From Candidatus Velthaea sp. (lineage in GTDB: Bacteria > Vulcanimicrobiota > Vulcanimicrobiia > Vulcanimicrobiales > Vulcanimicrobiaceae): DNA of 59,409 nucleotides. The DNA lies in assembly GCA_050012475.1 (NCBI GenBank), contig JBEKHC010000019.1, positions 1 to 59,409 on the forward strand. Direction: 5' to 3'. The notes beneath the pieces are model-generated. The model was not told where the DNA came from. It ran no database searches and worked only from the letters and a program-made list of their open reading frames with translations. Position numbers and translations under genes: made by a program. Each line of letters starts with the position of its first letter. The stretch's first letter is position 1. This document shows positions 51,008 to 59,409 of this stretch, in pieces.

Positions 51008-51604
51008 ATGAATGTGATCAAGCTGGCGGCGCTCGCCGGCATGGTCGCGCTGAATGCGGCGGCCATTTTTCATGCCGTGCCTGCCCCGGCGCTGGCCGGC
51101 CCCGACCTCCCCAACGCCATTGCGTCGCCGGCGCCGCGGGACGACGCCTGCACGTCGATCCCCGTCGAACTGACCGACACCCTCGACACGGCGCAGGCGC
51201 ACACCGGCGACGTCTTTCACTTCCGCACGATCGACACGATCGTGCCGCCGGGGGGCGTCACCATTCCGCGCAACTCCGCGGGCTACGGCGTCGTCGCGTT
51301 CGCCTCAGCCGCGGGCGCGCACGGCAAGGGCGGTGCGCTCATCATCGAGGCGCGCTACATCGAGATCGCGCACCGCAGACAGGTTCAGGTCACGATCGAC
51401 AGCATCGCGACGTCGGCGGTTCTGAACGGAAACACCGGCAACGTTGCCTCGGGGCTGGGCATCCTGCCGTTGCCGTTCGTCGGCACCGCGGTCAACGCGT
51501 TCAACTATCTGCACGCCGGCAAAAACGCCGTGGTGAAGCCCGGAACCCGCTTCACCGTGATCCCCGTCGGAAATCTTCGCACCCAGCCGCACTGCCGGTT
51601 GTAA
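51008..51604 (+). CDS. Secreted hypothetical protein (beta-rich)
   Basis: Signal peptide; AHTGDVFHF, VTIP...GYG, AGAHGKGG motifs. Confidence 0.7.
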   Translation: MNVIKLAALAGMVALNAAAIFHAVPAPALAGPDLPNAIASPAPRDDACTSIPVELTDTLDTAQAHTGDVFHFRTIDTIVPPGGVTIPRNSAGYGVVAFASAAGAHGKGGALIIEARYIEIAHRRQVQVTIDSIATSAVLNGNTGNVASGLGILPLPFVGTAVNAFNYLHAGKNAVVKPGTRFTVIPVGNLRTQPHCRL

Positions 51605-51612
51605 CCCGCTCG

Positions 51613-51642
51613 AAGCCTTCGCCGGGCTCGGCGGCGGGCTTC
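51613..51642. terminator. Hairpin between convergent genes
   Basis: AAGCCTTCGCCG-GGCT-CGGCGGCGGGCTT; no clear U-tract. Confidence 0.4.
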
Positions 51643-51813
51643 TCAGGCCGCAGCGAGCTTGGTTTTGATCGCGGTATAGCCCGTGTTGACTTGCCCGCCC
51701 AGCGCCGTGAGGGTCGCGATACAAGCGATCGCGATCAGTCCGACGACGAGTGAGTATTCAACGAGCGTGGCACCTTCTTCGTCGGTGAGGACGGTTTTCA
51801 AATTGGTGAGCAC
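51643..51813 (-). CDS. flp: Flp-family (Tad) pilin
   Basis: MLTNLKTVLTDEEGATLVEYSLVVGLIAIA: G/ATLVEY prepilin cleavage and Flp motif; AGGA RBS. Confidence 0.93.
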   Translation of the reverse strand: MLTNLKTVLTDEEGATLVEYSLVVGLIAIACIATLTALGGQVNTGYTAIKTKLAAA

Positions 51814-51880
51814 GTGAAGTTTCCTACTTAAGGATTTCCTGCTTAGGAAAAGGGTGGAGTCGGTGAAGGACGCTTTGGAA

Positions 51881-51959
51881 TTCCGGTCGGGCGTCTCGCT
51901 CCCGTGGCCGAAGCTCATGAGACGGAGCTCCGGTTGAGTTGGCGGCAGCGCTTCCGCAA
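51881..51959 (-). promoter_or_regulatory. Candidate c-di-GMP-II-like riboswitch in the flp 5' UTR
   Basis: Minus strand UUGCGGAAGCGCUG...CCGGAGCUC-CGUCUCAU-GAGCUUCGG...GAGACG-CCCGACCGGAA: GGAA start, GACC end, P1 pairing, loop CGUCUC complementary to downstream GAGACG (pseudoknot). Confidence 0.6.
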
Positions 51960-52130
51960 GCTCATCTAGGGTATCGGTCGAAGGGGGCGCGGCCAACACG
52001 TTTTGAACCGCCGGTCCGCAGACTTCCCGGCGGCGCGAACGCCCAAGTGCGGGTGCCCCGGTCGCGGAGCAGCCTGCCGGCCCGCGGACCCCGCGGCTTG
52101 CCGGCGCCGAACAGCGACCCGTTTTGGTCC

Positions 52131-54314
52131 TCAGAGCGCGGGTTGGAAGCCGGGGACGCCCATGTTCCATAAGAGGAAGCTGTACTCGTCCGCGGCGAGT
52201 TCGGCACCTTGCGCTTTGGTCGCACCGATGAGCCCGTGCCCGCCGGAATAGTCGACCCGCAGCAGAATGGGTCGGCCGCTGCCGCTGTCGGCCTGCAGCG
52301 TCGCGGTCATCTTGGCGGCTTGCCAGGGATCCACGCGCGGATCGTTCGCGCCCGTCGTCAGCAGCACGGCCGGATACTTCCCGCCCGCCACGACGTGCTG
52401 CACGGCACTCGTGGCGAACAAGTTGCGAAAGCCCGCGGCGGTCGTGACCGAACCGAATTCGGGGATGTTGGGCGGCCCATTAGGGCTGAACTCGATGCGC
52501 AGCTGATCGGAGACGGGAATCTCGTCGAGAATCGCCGCGAACAGTTCGGGCGCGCGAGTGATCGCGCCGCCCATCGTGATGCCGCCGGCGCTGCCGCCGC
52601 GGCCGCCGAGCTTGGCCGGCGACGTGTAGTTCTTTGCGATGAGCCATTTTGCACAATCGATGAAATCGTCGATCGTGTTGATCTTGTTGGCGTCCTTGCC
52701 GGCCAGATGCCATTCTTCACCGTTTTCACCGCCGCCGCGGACGTGCGCGACCGCGAGAACACCGCCGTTCTCGAACCAGGCGATGCGCCCGGGCGCAAAG
52801 TTGGGCGATGAACTGATGCCGTAGGATCCGTACGCGTAGAGCAGCGTCGGGTTGCGGCCGTCGAGTTTGAGATCCTTGCGATGAATGATGGATAGCGGGA
52901 TCGAGACGCCATCGCGCGCCGGGATTTCGACCTCATCCGAGGTGATCGCCGAATAGTCGACGGGTGACGGCGGATCGAGCTTGGTGTTGGCGATCGTTTT
53001 GGTCGCCGGATCGTAAGCGAACCACTGCGGCGAGACCGTCCAGCTTTCCAGCTTCGCGATGAAGCCCGGGTACTGCGGATCGGCCGTTGCGTCGCTGAGC
53101 GTTCCCGCGACCGGCAGCGGGATCTCGGTGACGGCACCCGAGGCGTAGTCGACGGTCACGGCGCGCGCGATGCCGTTCTCACGTTCGAAGACGTACAGCG
53201 CGTCTTTGGCCGCGGCGACGCTGTCGACGACGCGGCTCGACGGCGCGACGATCACTTTGGCGTTCGCCATGTCGGGATGCGCGGCGCTGGTCGCCAGGAT
53301 TTGAAAGCGCGGTGCGTTCTTGTGACTCACGATGTAGATGTCGTCGCCGCGTCCGGTCGCGTCGGTGGCGTCGTCGCCATAGTCGAACACTTTCACCCAA
53401 TCGGGATTCCCGCGCTCGAAATGCGCCTTGGGCGTCACGTACAGCCGCTTTTCATTGCGCACGCCGTTGATGAGCAGGCCGAAGACGTAGTTCGACGACG
53501 GACTGACGATCGCGGCGGCCGACTCGTTTTCGCCGATCGCCGGCGCCCCCGGCAACCCGCTGCCGAAGACCGCACGATCGGCGCTCTGCGGGGTGCCGAT
53601 CGCGTGAACGTAGGTGCGCACGTTTTGATACAGGGCCGTGGGCGGAGCGTTCGGCGGCAGATCCTGGAACCGCAGATAATAAATCGCCTTCCCGTCCGCG
53701 CGCCAGCCGCTCACGCCGAAATCGGAGCCCTGCAACGTATCGCTCAGCGCCTGACCGCTCGCAACGTCGTACACGCGCGTGAACGATTGCGGCTCGCTGC
53801 CGTCCGGCGTCAATTTCACGGCGACGAGCCGGCCATCGTCCGACGGCGTCGACTCTCCGATCGCGAAATGATGTCCCCCCGAGGCCAGCGTGTCCGGATC
53901 GAGCACCACGCGCTCGGCGCCGCTGCCCTCACGAACGTAAAGCTTCGCCAGACCCGAGCTCGGCGTGATCCGCTCGAAAAACAACCGGTTGTTCCGGCGG
54001 ACCACACCGCTGGACGACGTGACGGTGTCGACCAGTGAGTTCAATCGCGCGAGCAGTTGCTTGCGCGCCGGAATCGCGTCGAGGATCGCGCGGGTGCGTT
54101 CGCTTTGGGCCTTGAGATAAACGGCCAGCTCCGGATTACCGGGCTGCTCCATCCAGCGATACGGGTCGACGACCTGGGTGCCAAAGTAGACGTCGGTTAC
54201 CGGGATCCGCTTGGCGACGGGGGCCGCCGGGAGGGCCGCAGCGGCCGGCAACGCCAGCACGGCCGCGGCCAGGAGTGCAAGCGCGGCCGACGATGAGAAG
54301 CGCGAAAACGGCAT
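52131..54314 (-). CDS. Prolyl oligopeptidase (S9A) with signal peptide
   Basis: DPYRWME, YAYGSYG, VRGGGE, GGSAGG nucleophile elbow, NDPRV, GGHG. Confidence 0.95.
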   Translation of the reverse strand: MPFSRFSSSAALALLAAAVLALPAAAALPAAPVAKRIPVTDVYFGTQVVDPYRWMEQPGNPELAVYLKAQSERTRAILDAIPARKQLLARLNSLVDTVTSSSGVVRRNNRLFFERITPSSGLAKLYVREGSGAERVVLDPDTLASGGHHFAIGESTPSDDGRLVAVKLTPDGSEPQSFTRVYDVASGQALSDTLQGSDFGVSGWRADGKAIYYLRFQDLPPNAPPTALYQNVRTYVHAIGTPQSADRAVFGSGLPGAPAIGENESAAAIVSPSSNYVFGLLINGVRNEKRLYVTPKAHFERGNPDWVKVFDYGDDATDATGRGDDIYIVSHKNAPRFQILATSAAHPDMANAKVIVAPSSRVVDSVAAAKDALYVFERENGIARAVTVDYASGAVTEIPLPVAGTLSDATADPQYPGFIAKLESWTVSPQWFAYDPATKTIANTKLDPPSPVDYSAITSDEVEIPARDGVSIPLSIIHRKDLKLDGRNPTLLYAYGSYGISSSPNFAPGRIAWFENGGVLAVAHVRGGGENGEEWHLAGKDANKINTIDDFIDCAKWLIAKNYTSPAKLGGRGGSAGGITMGGAITRAPELFAAILDEIPVSDQLRIEFSPNGPPNIPEFGSVTTAAGFRNLFATSAVQHVVAGGKYPAVLLTTGANDPRVDPWQAAKMTATLQADSGSGRPILLRVDYSGGHGLIGATKAQGAELAADEYSFLLWNMGVPGFQPAL

Positions 54315-54391
54315 GCTTCCTTATACGTTGGCTATGGGCCAAGCGTTTCAAGCCGGCGCCCCGTGCGGACTGGGCCGGCCGTGCGTTGGGA

Positions 54392-54443
54392 GCCGATAAA
54401 TCGCCGATAACCGTAGTGGCAAGCGGCGAGAAACTGCCGATAA
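54392..54443 (+). promoter_or_regulatory. Three sigma28 (FliA/SigD) -10 boxes
   Basis: GCCGATAA at 54392, 54403 and 54436, upstream of a chemotaxis-type gene pair; no clean -35 element. Confidence 0.55.
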
Positions 54444-54464
54444 CTCAAAGGGTCGGGGGCCAAC

Positions 54465-55085
54465 GTGCGAGATCAGCCATTTTTCGTCAGTGTCGCGACC
54501 GTCGCGGCGAGCTTAGGACAAGTGCGGCGCATCGCCCGCGAGCTTTCGCTCGCTGCGATCAACGCCAAAGTCATTGCGCTGCGGGCGGGCTCGCAGGCCG
54601 CCGGGTTTCGTCCCATCACCGACTTCATCGACGAAACCGCGCGCGCAACGGCCAAGCTGGGCAACGCAATTGAAGCCGGGACGCTCGCCGTTTCACGCTC
54701 GGCCGTTTCCGAGCGGCGTTCCGCCGAGGCGCTGCGCCGCTTGCGTCGTGCAGCGACCGGTTCGGGAAGCGCCGCTAAGTCGCTGGACGCGGTGATCGAA
54801 CGGTGCGACGCGGCGCGGATAGTGCTGAGCGAGTCGGTAACCCGCTCGATCCGTTCGCTCGACAATCTGCTCGATGAAATCGACGCTCACATGCGCTCGA
54901 TCTCCGTCATCACGGTGCAGTCGCGCGTCGAGGCGCGTCAAGCCGGCGCGTACCGGGTGGATCTGGAGGCGGTAGCGGCGTCGATGTCCGGCGCGGCAGA
55001 GCAAGTGACCGCGATCGTGCAGCAATCCCGCCGCGATCTGCGCGACGCAATAGCGGCGCGCGCCAACCAAAGGACGAGCGTTTGA
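54465..55085 (+). CDS. Short soluble chemoreceptor-signalling-domain-like protein
   Basis: ELSLAAINAKVIALRAGSQAAGFRPI resembles the MCP hairpin tip; no TM; TTGA overlap with the next gene. Confidence 0.7.
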   Translation: MRDQPFFVSVATVAASLGQVRRIARELSLAAINAKVIALRAGSQAAGFRPITDFIDETARATAKLGNAIEAGTLAVSRSAVSERRSAEALRRLRRAATGSGSAAKSLDAVIERCDAARIVLSESVTRSIRSLDNLLDEIDAHMRSISVITVQSRVEARQAGAYRVDLEAVAASMSGAAEQVTAIVQQSRRDLRDAIAARANQRTSV

Positions 55086-55852
55086 AAACCAATGTACTGT
55101 ACGAGGGCGGCCACCGCTGGATCGCTTTTGGCCGCGACCCCGAAAAGCCCGAACGCATCATCGACACCAACCAGTACCTCATTCGCGACGGCGACCGGTC
55201 GGTAATTCTGGACCCCGGTGGAATCGAAACATTTTCGTCGGTCCTTGCCGCGGTCATGTGCCACGCGCGCATCGATCAGATCACCGATCTGTTCATGTCG
55301 CACCAGGATCCCGATGTGGCCTCGTCCCTCGGCATGTGGGATGAAGCACTGCCGCACGCGCGCCTGCACGCGCCCTGGCTATGGGAAGGATTCCTGCGGC
55401 ACTTCGGCTGCAGCAACCTGACCTACGTTGCGATTCCCGATGAAGGCGCATCCATTGCGCTCTCGCACGTTACCCTGCAACTCGTGCCGGCTCACTATTT
55501 GCACTCGTCGGGCAACGTTCACGTCTACGATCCCGTCGCTAAAATTCTCTTCAGCGGCGACGTCGGGGCGGCGCTCGAACCTCCCGATGCGCCGATGTTC
55601 GTCGACGATTTCGCGTCGCACGTTTCCAAGATGACGCTGTTTCATCAGCGCTGGATGCCGTCCAATCGCGCCAAGGACGATTGGATCGCGCGCGTCCGCA
55701 AGTTGGACGTCTCGATGATGGTACCCCAACACGGCCGTATCTTCCGCGGAGCCGACGTCGCCCGCTTTCTGGATTGGTTCGAGGCCCTGGAGGTCGGGAT
55801 CGCCGTTCGGCACGGCGGTGTGAACGCCCAAGCGGTCGAGTCGGCCGCCTGA
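55082..55852 (+). CDS. MBL-fold oxygen-binding di-iron protein (ODP-like)
   Basis: NQYLI, LDPGG, SHQDPD, AHYLHSSGN, FSGD, FHQRWMPS, PQHG; no flavodoxin domain. Confidence 0.85.
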   Translation: MKTNVLYEGGHRWIAFGRDPEKPERIIDTNQYLIRDGDRSVILDPGGIETFSSVLAAVMCHARIDQITDLFMSHQDPDVASSLGMWDEALPHARLHAPWLWEGFLRHFGCSNLTYVAIPDEGASIALSHVTLQLVPAHYLHSSGNVHVYDPVAKILFSGDVGAALEPPDAPMFVDDFASHVSKMTLFHQRWMPSNRAKDDWIARVRKLDVSMMVPQHGRIFRGADVARFLDWFEALEVGIAVRHGGVNAQAVESAA

Positions 55853-55903
55853 ACGAATGGGCCGCCTGCGCGCATCGCGCAAGCCGCACGCGGCCGAGAT
55901 TCG

Positions 55904-55998
55904 AGCGGACTAGGAATGTGTCGGGTTTAACCGACACCTGACGACGGGCGGCTCGAGCGAAGCTCGAACGCGAAGGATCGACGAAGTCGATCCACTAG
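55904..55998. repeat. REP-like hairpin cluster, family 2, copy B
   Basis: TGTCGG-GTTTAA-CCGACA, GACGACGGGCGGCT, TCGAGC-GAA-GCTCGA, GGATCGAC-GAA-GTCGATCC. Confidence 0.55.
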
Positions 55999-56054
55999 CG
56001 CATCGAGGTGAACCTCGTTTCAACGTCGTCCCCAGCAAAATATGGGGCTCCTTT

Positions 56055-56081
56055 TCAGGAAAAAATCGTTCCTGCCGATGA
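56055..56081 (+). promoter_or_regulatory. Putative sigma28 promoter
   Basis: TCAG-N15-GCCGATGA, matching the TAAA-N15-GCCGATAA spacing, upstream of the PilZ gene. Confidence 0.55.
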
Positions 56082-56150
56082 ATTACAAGACCATTCCATC
56101 GCAGGATCGTATCCCGAATCAGAAGCCCTCGCGTGGAAGGCCCGAGCTTG

Positions 56151-56867
56151 ATGCACGAAAAGAACGTACCGGGCGCGATAAGTCTCCTACACAGCTTTAG
56201 TCAAGACCAGCTCGAGCGCCGTCAGTACCAGCGCGTCGAGGTGCAATTTCCGCTGTGGTGGTTGAAAGACTTTAAGGGCAACGACGCCGTGGCCGGAATC
56301 GGCGTCGAGATTTCGGGCGGCGGACTGCAATTTCTGCTCGAGCACAAGATCGAGTTGCAATGTTCGCTGGCATTCTTGCTCGCGGAGCGGCGCATGCGTG
56401 CGAACGTCCTCGTCGTTCAGTCGGTACCCTACGCGTACAAAGGGCACCAGTGGCACCGCCATCGCGCGAAGTTCGTGGGCCTCATGAATAGCGACTTCGA
56501 TTTTATCGTGGCCTATGCCGATGCGGCGGTGGACAAGGCGACCAAGGCACCGGTCGTGCCGGCGCCGCGGGTCCAGCCCAAACCCAAACACTCGGTCGGG
56601 ACACTCGAGTCGTACGACATGCTCCCGCTGCGCATTCAAGAGACGATCGTGAGAAAGCTCGTCAGTTTGAAGCGTTTGGTGCGCCCGCAAGACGTTCGCT
56701 TGGCGCTGCTCGCGGCGCATTACGGCGGCATTCAGCCGGCCAGCGACGGCAACGTCTATCACCGCTTCTTCATTCGCACCCGGATGAATTCGCAAGCCGG
56801 CGCGGTCGTGTTCAACACCGAAGTGCTCGTCAGCGACGACGGAGAAGACATCATCGTTCGCGAGTGA
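56151..56867 (+). CDS. PilZ-domain protein with an additional C-terminal domain
   Basis: ERRQYQRV (RxxxR) and EISGGG (variant of D/NxSxxG). Confidence 0.75.
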   Translation: MHEKNVPGAISLLHSFSQDQLERRQYQRVEVQFPLWWLKDFKGNDAVAGIGVEISGGGLQFLLEHKIELQCSLAFLLAERRMRANVLVVQSVPYAYKGHQWHRHRAKFVGLMNSDFDFIVAYADAAVDKATKAPVVPAPRVQPKPKHSVGTLESYDMLPLRIQETIVRKLVSLKRLVRPQDVRLALLAAHYGGIQPASDGNVYHRFFIRTRMNSQAGAVVFNTEVLVSDDGEDIIVRE

Positions 56868-56912
56868 AAAGTGCGCTGGTGCGCGGCTCCGTTATGCCGA
56901 TCATGTCTATAT

Positions 56913-58346
56913 ATGGTGGACGTTGCGGGGCTGAGGCGCTTTCGACTGACGATCGTTTGGCGTCTGTTTCTGGCCGGTTTGTTGGTCGTCGCGGTCGCCT
57001 TGAGTTCGCTGTTCGTCATCGTCGGCCGCATCGTCAAAGACGTCGTGTATCAAGAGATCGACACACTGGTCGCGGTTTCGCAAAACACGCTTTGGGAAGC
57101 TTTACGCGTCGAAGGCACGCCGTCGATCGTCGGCGGCCGGCTGCATCTGGGTCCGCGAGACGTTACCGGCGACACGACCCTCGTCGATCGCGTCAAGCGC
57201 TTGACGAGCGCGGAGGCGACGCTGTTTCTCATCGTCGACGGGAAACCCATCCGGGTCAGCACGACGCTGGTGGGTCGGGCCGACGGCACGCGCATCGTCG
57301 GCAGCGAGCTGCTCGGTCCGGCGCGGCGCGCAATCGACGGACGCCGGTCGTTCCACGGCATAACCCGCGCCGCCGATCGCGATTACATCGGCCGATACGA
57401 TTTCCTGCGCGACGCGAGCGGCAACGACATCGGCCTGCTCGCGAGCGCGATCCCGCTGGCCGCCCGCGACCGTGCTGCGGCGCGGATCATGCATGCTGTC
57501 TTCACCACCGCGCTTGCCACCCTCATCGTTTGCGTCGGCCTGCTGTTCTTCATCACCCGGCCATTGTTTCGGGTGTTTCGCAACGCGATCGGCATCGCGC
57601 GGGGACTTGCCGCCGGCGATGTCGACCAACAGGCCGGTTCGGTCACGAACGACGAGATCGGCGACCTCAACGCGGCGTTCACCGAGATGATCGTCTACCA
57701 GCAGCGGATGGCTGCCCTCGCCGACGCGTTGGCCGACGGCGATCTCTCGATCAGCATTCAACCGGTTTCAGACCGGGACCGGCTCGGCGTCGCGTTCAGC
57801 CGAATGCTAAGCAACGTACGCAACTACATCACTCAGCTCGAAACCCTGCCGCTCACCGATGCGCTCACACAAGTCGGCAACGTCCGGTGTTTCGAGCAAG
57901 AAATTCGCTTCCAACTTTCGGCCGCGGCACGCTTCACGCAAATCATCTCGTTGGTCGTCATCGGCGTCGACGGGCTCGGCGCCATCAACGAAGCGCGGGG
58001 ACGCCGGCACGGCGACGCCGTTTTAGCCCAAGTCGGGAAGCTGCTCAAGACGTTGCGCGCGCACGATCGTCCGTATCGGTTGGGCGGCGACCGGTTCGTG
58101 CTGATTTTGCCGGGAACGCCGGCCGCGGGCGCCCGCATTGCGATGGAGCGGCTGCGGTGCAATGCGCCCGAACAGCTCTTCGGCGCGACGCTGACGTTCG
58201 GGATCGCCACGACGGTCGACGGCCGGATTGCAGCAGACGACTTGAGCGCGCAGGCCGGGCGAGCGGTCGAGTTCGGCAAGCGCCGGGGCGGCAACACCGT
58301 TATCGACGCCGCGGACATCGGCCCAAACAACGGTGCCTGCGCGTAG
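56913..58346 (+). CDS. Membrane Cache-HAMP-GGDEF-like protein with degenerate active site
   Basis: TM, Cache_3/2-like EATLF...RVSTT, TM, HAMP (NDEIGDL), TDALTQVGN, RLGGDRF instead of GG(D/E)EF. Confidence 0.85.
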   Translation: MVDVAGLRRFRLTIVWRLFLAGLLVVAVALSSLFVIVGRIVKDVVYQEIDTLVAVSQNTLWEALRVEGTPSIVGGRLHLGPRDVTGDTTLVDRVKRLTSAEATLFLIVDGKPIRVSTTLVGRADGTRIVGSELLGPARRAIDGRRSFHGITRAADRDYIGRYDFLRDASGNDIGLLASAIPLAARDRAAARIMHAVFTTALATLIVCVGLLFFITRPLFRVFRNAIGIARGLAAGDVDQQAGSVTNDEIGDLNAAFTEMIVYQQRMAALADALADGDLSISIQPVSDRDRLGVAFSRMLSNVRNYITQLETLPLTDALTQVGNVRCFEQEIRFQLSAAARFTQIISLVVIGVDGLGAINEARGRRHGDAVLAQVGKLLKTLRAHDRPYRLGGDRFVLILPGTPAAGARIAMERLRCNAPEQLFGATLTFGIATTVDGRIAADDLSAQAGRAVEFGKRRGGNTVIDAADIGPNNGACA

Positions 58347-58412
58347 CTGAACGGCAGCGCGACCGCGCTGAGCTGAGCGGAGTCGCATCGTGCGAGGCTG
58401 AACACGATGTGA

Positions 58413-59192
58413 ATGACGACGCGCGAAAATAGATTACGTTCGATCTGGAAAGCCGGTGGTGCGGCCGTCAACGGCTGGCTTTCCATTCCCGACGCGTATT
58501 GCGCCGAAACGATGGCGCATCAGGGTTGGGACTCGCTGACGATCGACATGCAGCACGGCGTCGTCGACTACGCGGCGGCGGTGAGCATGTTGACGGCGAT
58601 CTCGACCACGCCGACGGTGCCGGTGGTACGCGTTCCGTGGCTCGACCCGGGGATTCTCATGAAGGTGCTCGATGCGGGCGCTTACGGCGTGATCTGTCCG
58701 ATGGTGAACACGCGGGCGGACGCCCAGAGCCTCGTCGCGGCCACGCACTATCCGCCGCGCGGCCGGCGAAGCTACGGACCGAACCGGGCTCTGCTCTTCG
58801 GCGGCGCCGACTATACGCAGACCGCCGACGAGACGATCGTCGTCTTCGCGATGATCGAAACCAAGGAAGGTCTCGACAATCTCGACGAGATCATGTCGGT
58901 CGCTGGTCTGGACGCGGTATATATCGGACCCGCAGATCTTGCGCTTGCGCTCGGCTGTACGCCCGCATTCGACGACGTGGCGCCGCCCGTAGCGGCGGCG
59001 ATCGAGCGAATTTTAGCGCGAGCAAAGCACCACGGCATCATCGCGGGCATCCACAACGGCACGCCCGAAGGCGCGTCGAAACGGATCGATCAGGGCTTCG
59101 CGTTCGTCACCGTCGGGTCCGACGTCCGTTTGATGAGCGACGGCGCACGAGCGACCTTGCGCAAGATGGCCCCGCGCCGCAGCAACGTTTAG
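58413..59192 (+). CDS. HpcH/HpaI aldolase family protein
   Basis: IDMQHG, VVRVP, LDAGAYGVICPMV, YPPRGRRS, MIET, YIGPADL. Confidence 0.93.
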   Translation: MTTRENRLRSIWKAGGAAVNGWLSIPDAYCAETMAHQGWDSLTIDMQHGVVDYAAAVSMLTAISTTPTVPVVRVPWLDPGILMKVLDAGAYGVICPMVNTRADAQSLVAATHYPPRGRRSYGPNRALLFGGADYTQTADETIVVFAMIETKEGLDNLDEIMSVAGLDAVYIGPADLALALGCTPAFDDVAPPVAAAIERILARAKHHGIIAGIHNGTPEGASKRIDQGFAFVTVGSDVRLMSDGARATLRKMAPRRSNV

Positions 59193-59409
59193 CCGGCCTG
59201 ACGGTGCCGGCCGCGGCCACGAGCGCTTTCATGCTCGCTGCAATGGCGCTCGGCGTCACCGAGCGCGAGAAGACGTGACGCGACGTCAGCGATAGAACGT
59301 GTAGACGGCGCTATAGCGGCTCGCTGCGGTTGCGTTCGCGTGTTCGGCGTCGCAGCCGGCGGCGGGCGCCGTACCGCCTTGGGTTTGGGCACGGCGAACG
59401 AAACGTACG
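59189..59409 (-). CDS. 3' end of a gene running off the window (Pro/Ala-rich)
   Basis: Open frame ending at 59189, convergent with the aldolase; no recognisable motif. Confidence 0.3.
   Translation of the reverse strand, partial: YVSFAVPKPKAVRRPPPAATPNTRTQPQRAAIAPSTRSIADVASRLLALGDAERHCSEHESARGRGRHRQAG

Noticed and set aside
58347..58390. Third copy of repeat family 1 (TGAACGGCAG plus hairpin)
   Set aside because: Only an 8-nt match (AACGGCAG); the hairpin sequence is unrelated.

Overview
High-GC bacterial chromosomal segment. Diderm envelope genes (MlaEFD with a barrel-like MlaD C-terminus) next to Terrabacteria-type genes (PASTA kinase, SpoIID, RqcH) suggest Vulcanimicrobiota/Eremiobacterota; this is an inference. 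Bases 1-7326 form a visibly less GC-rich accessory patch: SpoIIE/PP2C phosphatase, PhaB/FabG-like SDR, LuxR regulator, small stress-type proteins, three gene remnants including a possible TnsB/TniA transposase N-terminus, and a 43-bp tandem duplication. The middle is mostly housekeeping: APC permease, MCP, carB, pbpA-pknB-ruvCAB-spoIID-queA-Hpt, rqcH, gmk-rpoZ-glmS-rph, mlaEFD, rhomboid, panE/panB/panC, Crp, ADH, msrC-like GAF. The right third is the most interesting. (i) A translationally coupled pair: a ~1700-aa PFOR with an extra C-terminal ferredoxin-like domain and a single-chain NfnB(L)-NfnA(S)/SudAB-like flavoprotein with an unexplained N-terminal domain. (ii) A c-di-GMP/motility neighbourhood: a c-di-GMP-II-like riboswitch candidate before a Flp pilin, an ODP di-iron protein paired with a double-tip soluble chemoreceptor-like protein behind triple sigma28 -10 boxes, a PilZ protein and a degenerate GGDEF protein. 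Also present: a candidate sRNA at ~24160-24285, two families of REP-like palindromic repeats and a nucleotidyltransferase two-gene TA-like module. No rRNA, tRNA or CRISPR array was seen. All calls come from motif reading by eye; no database searches were run.
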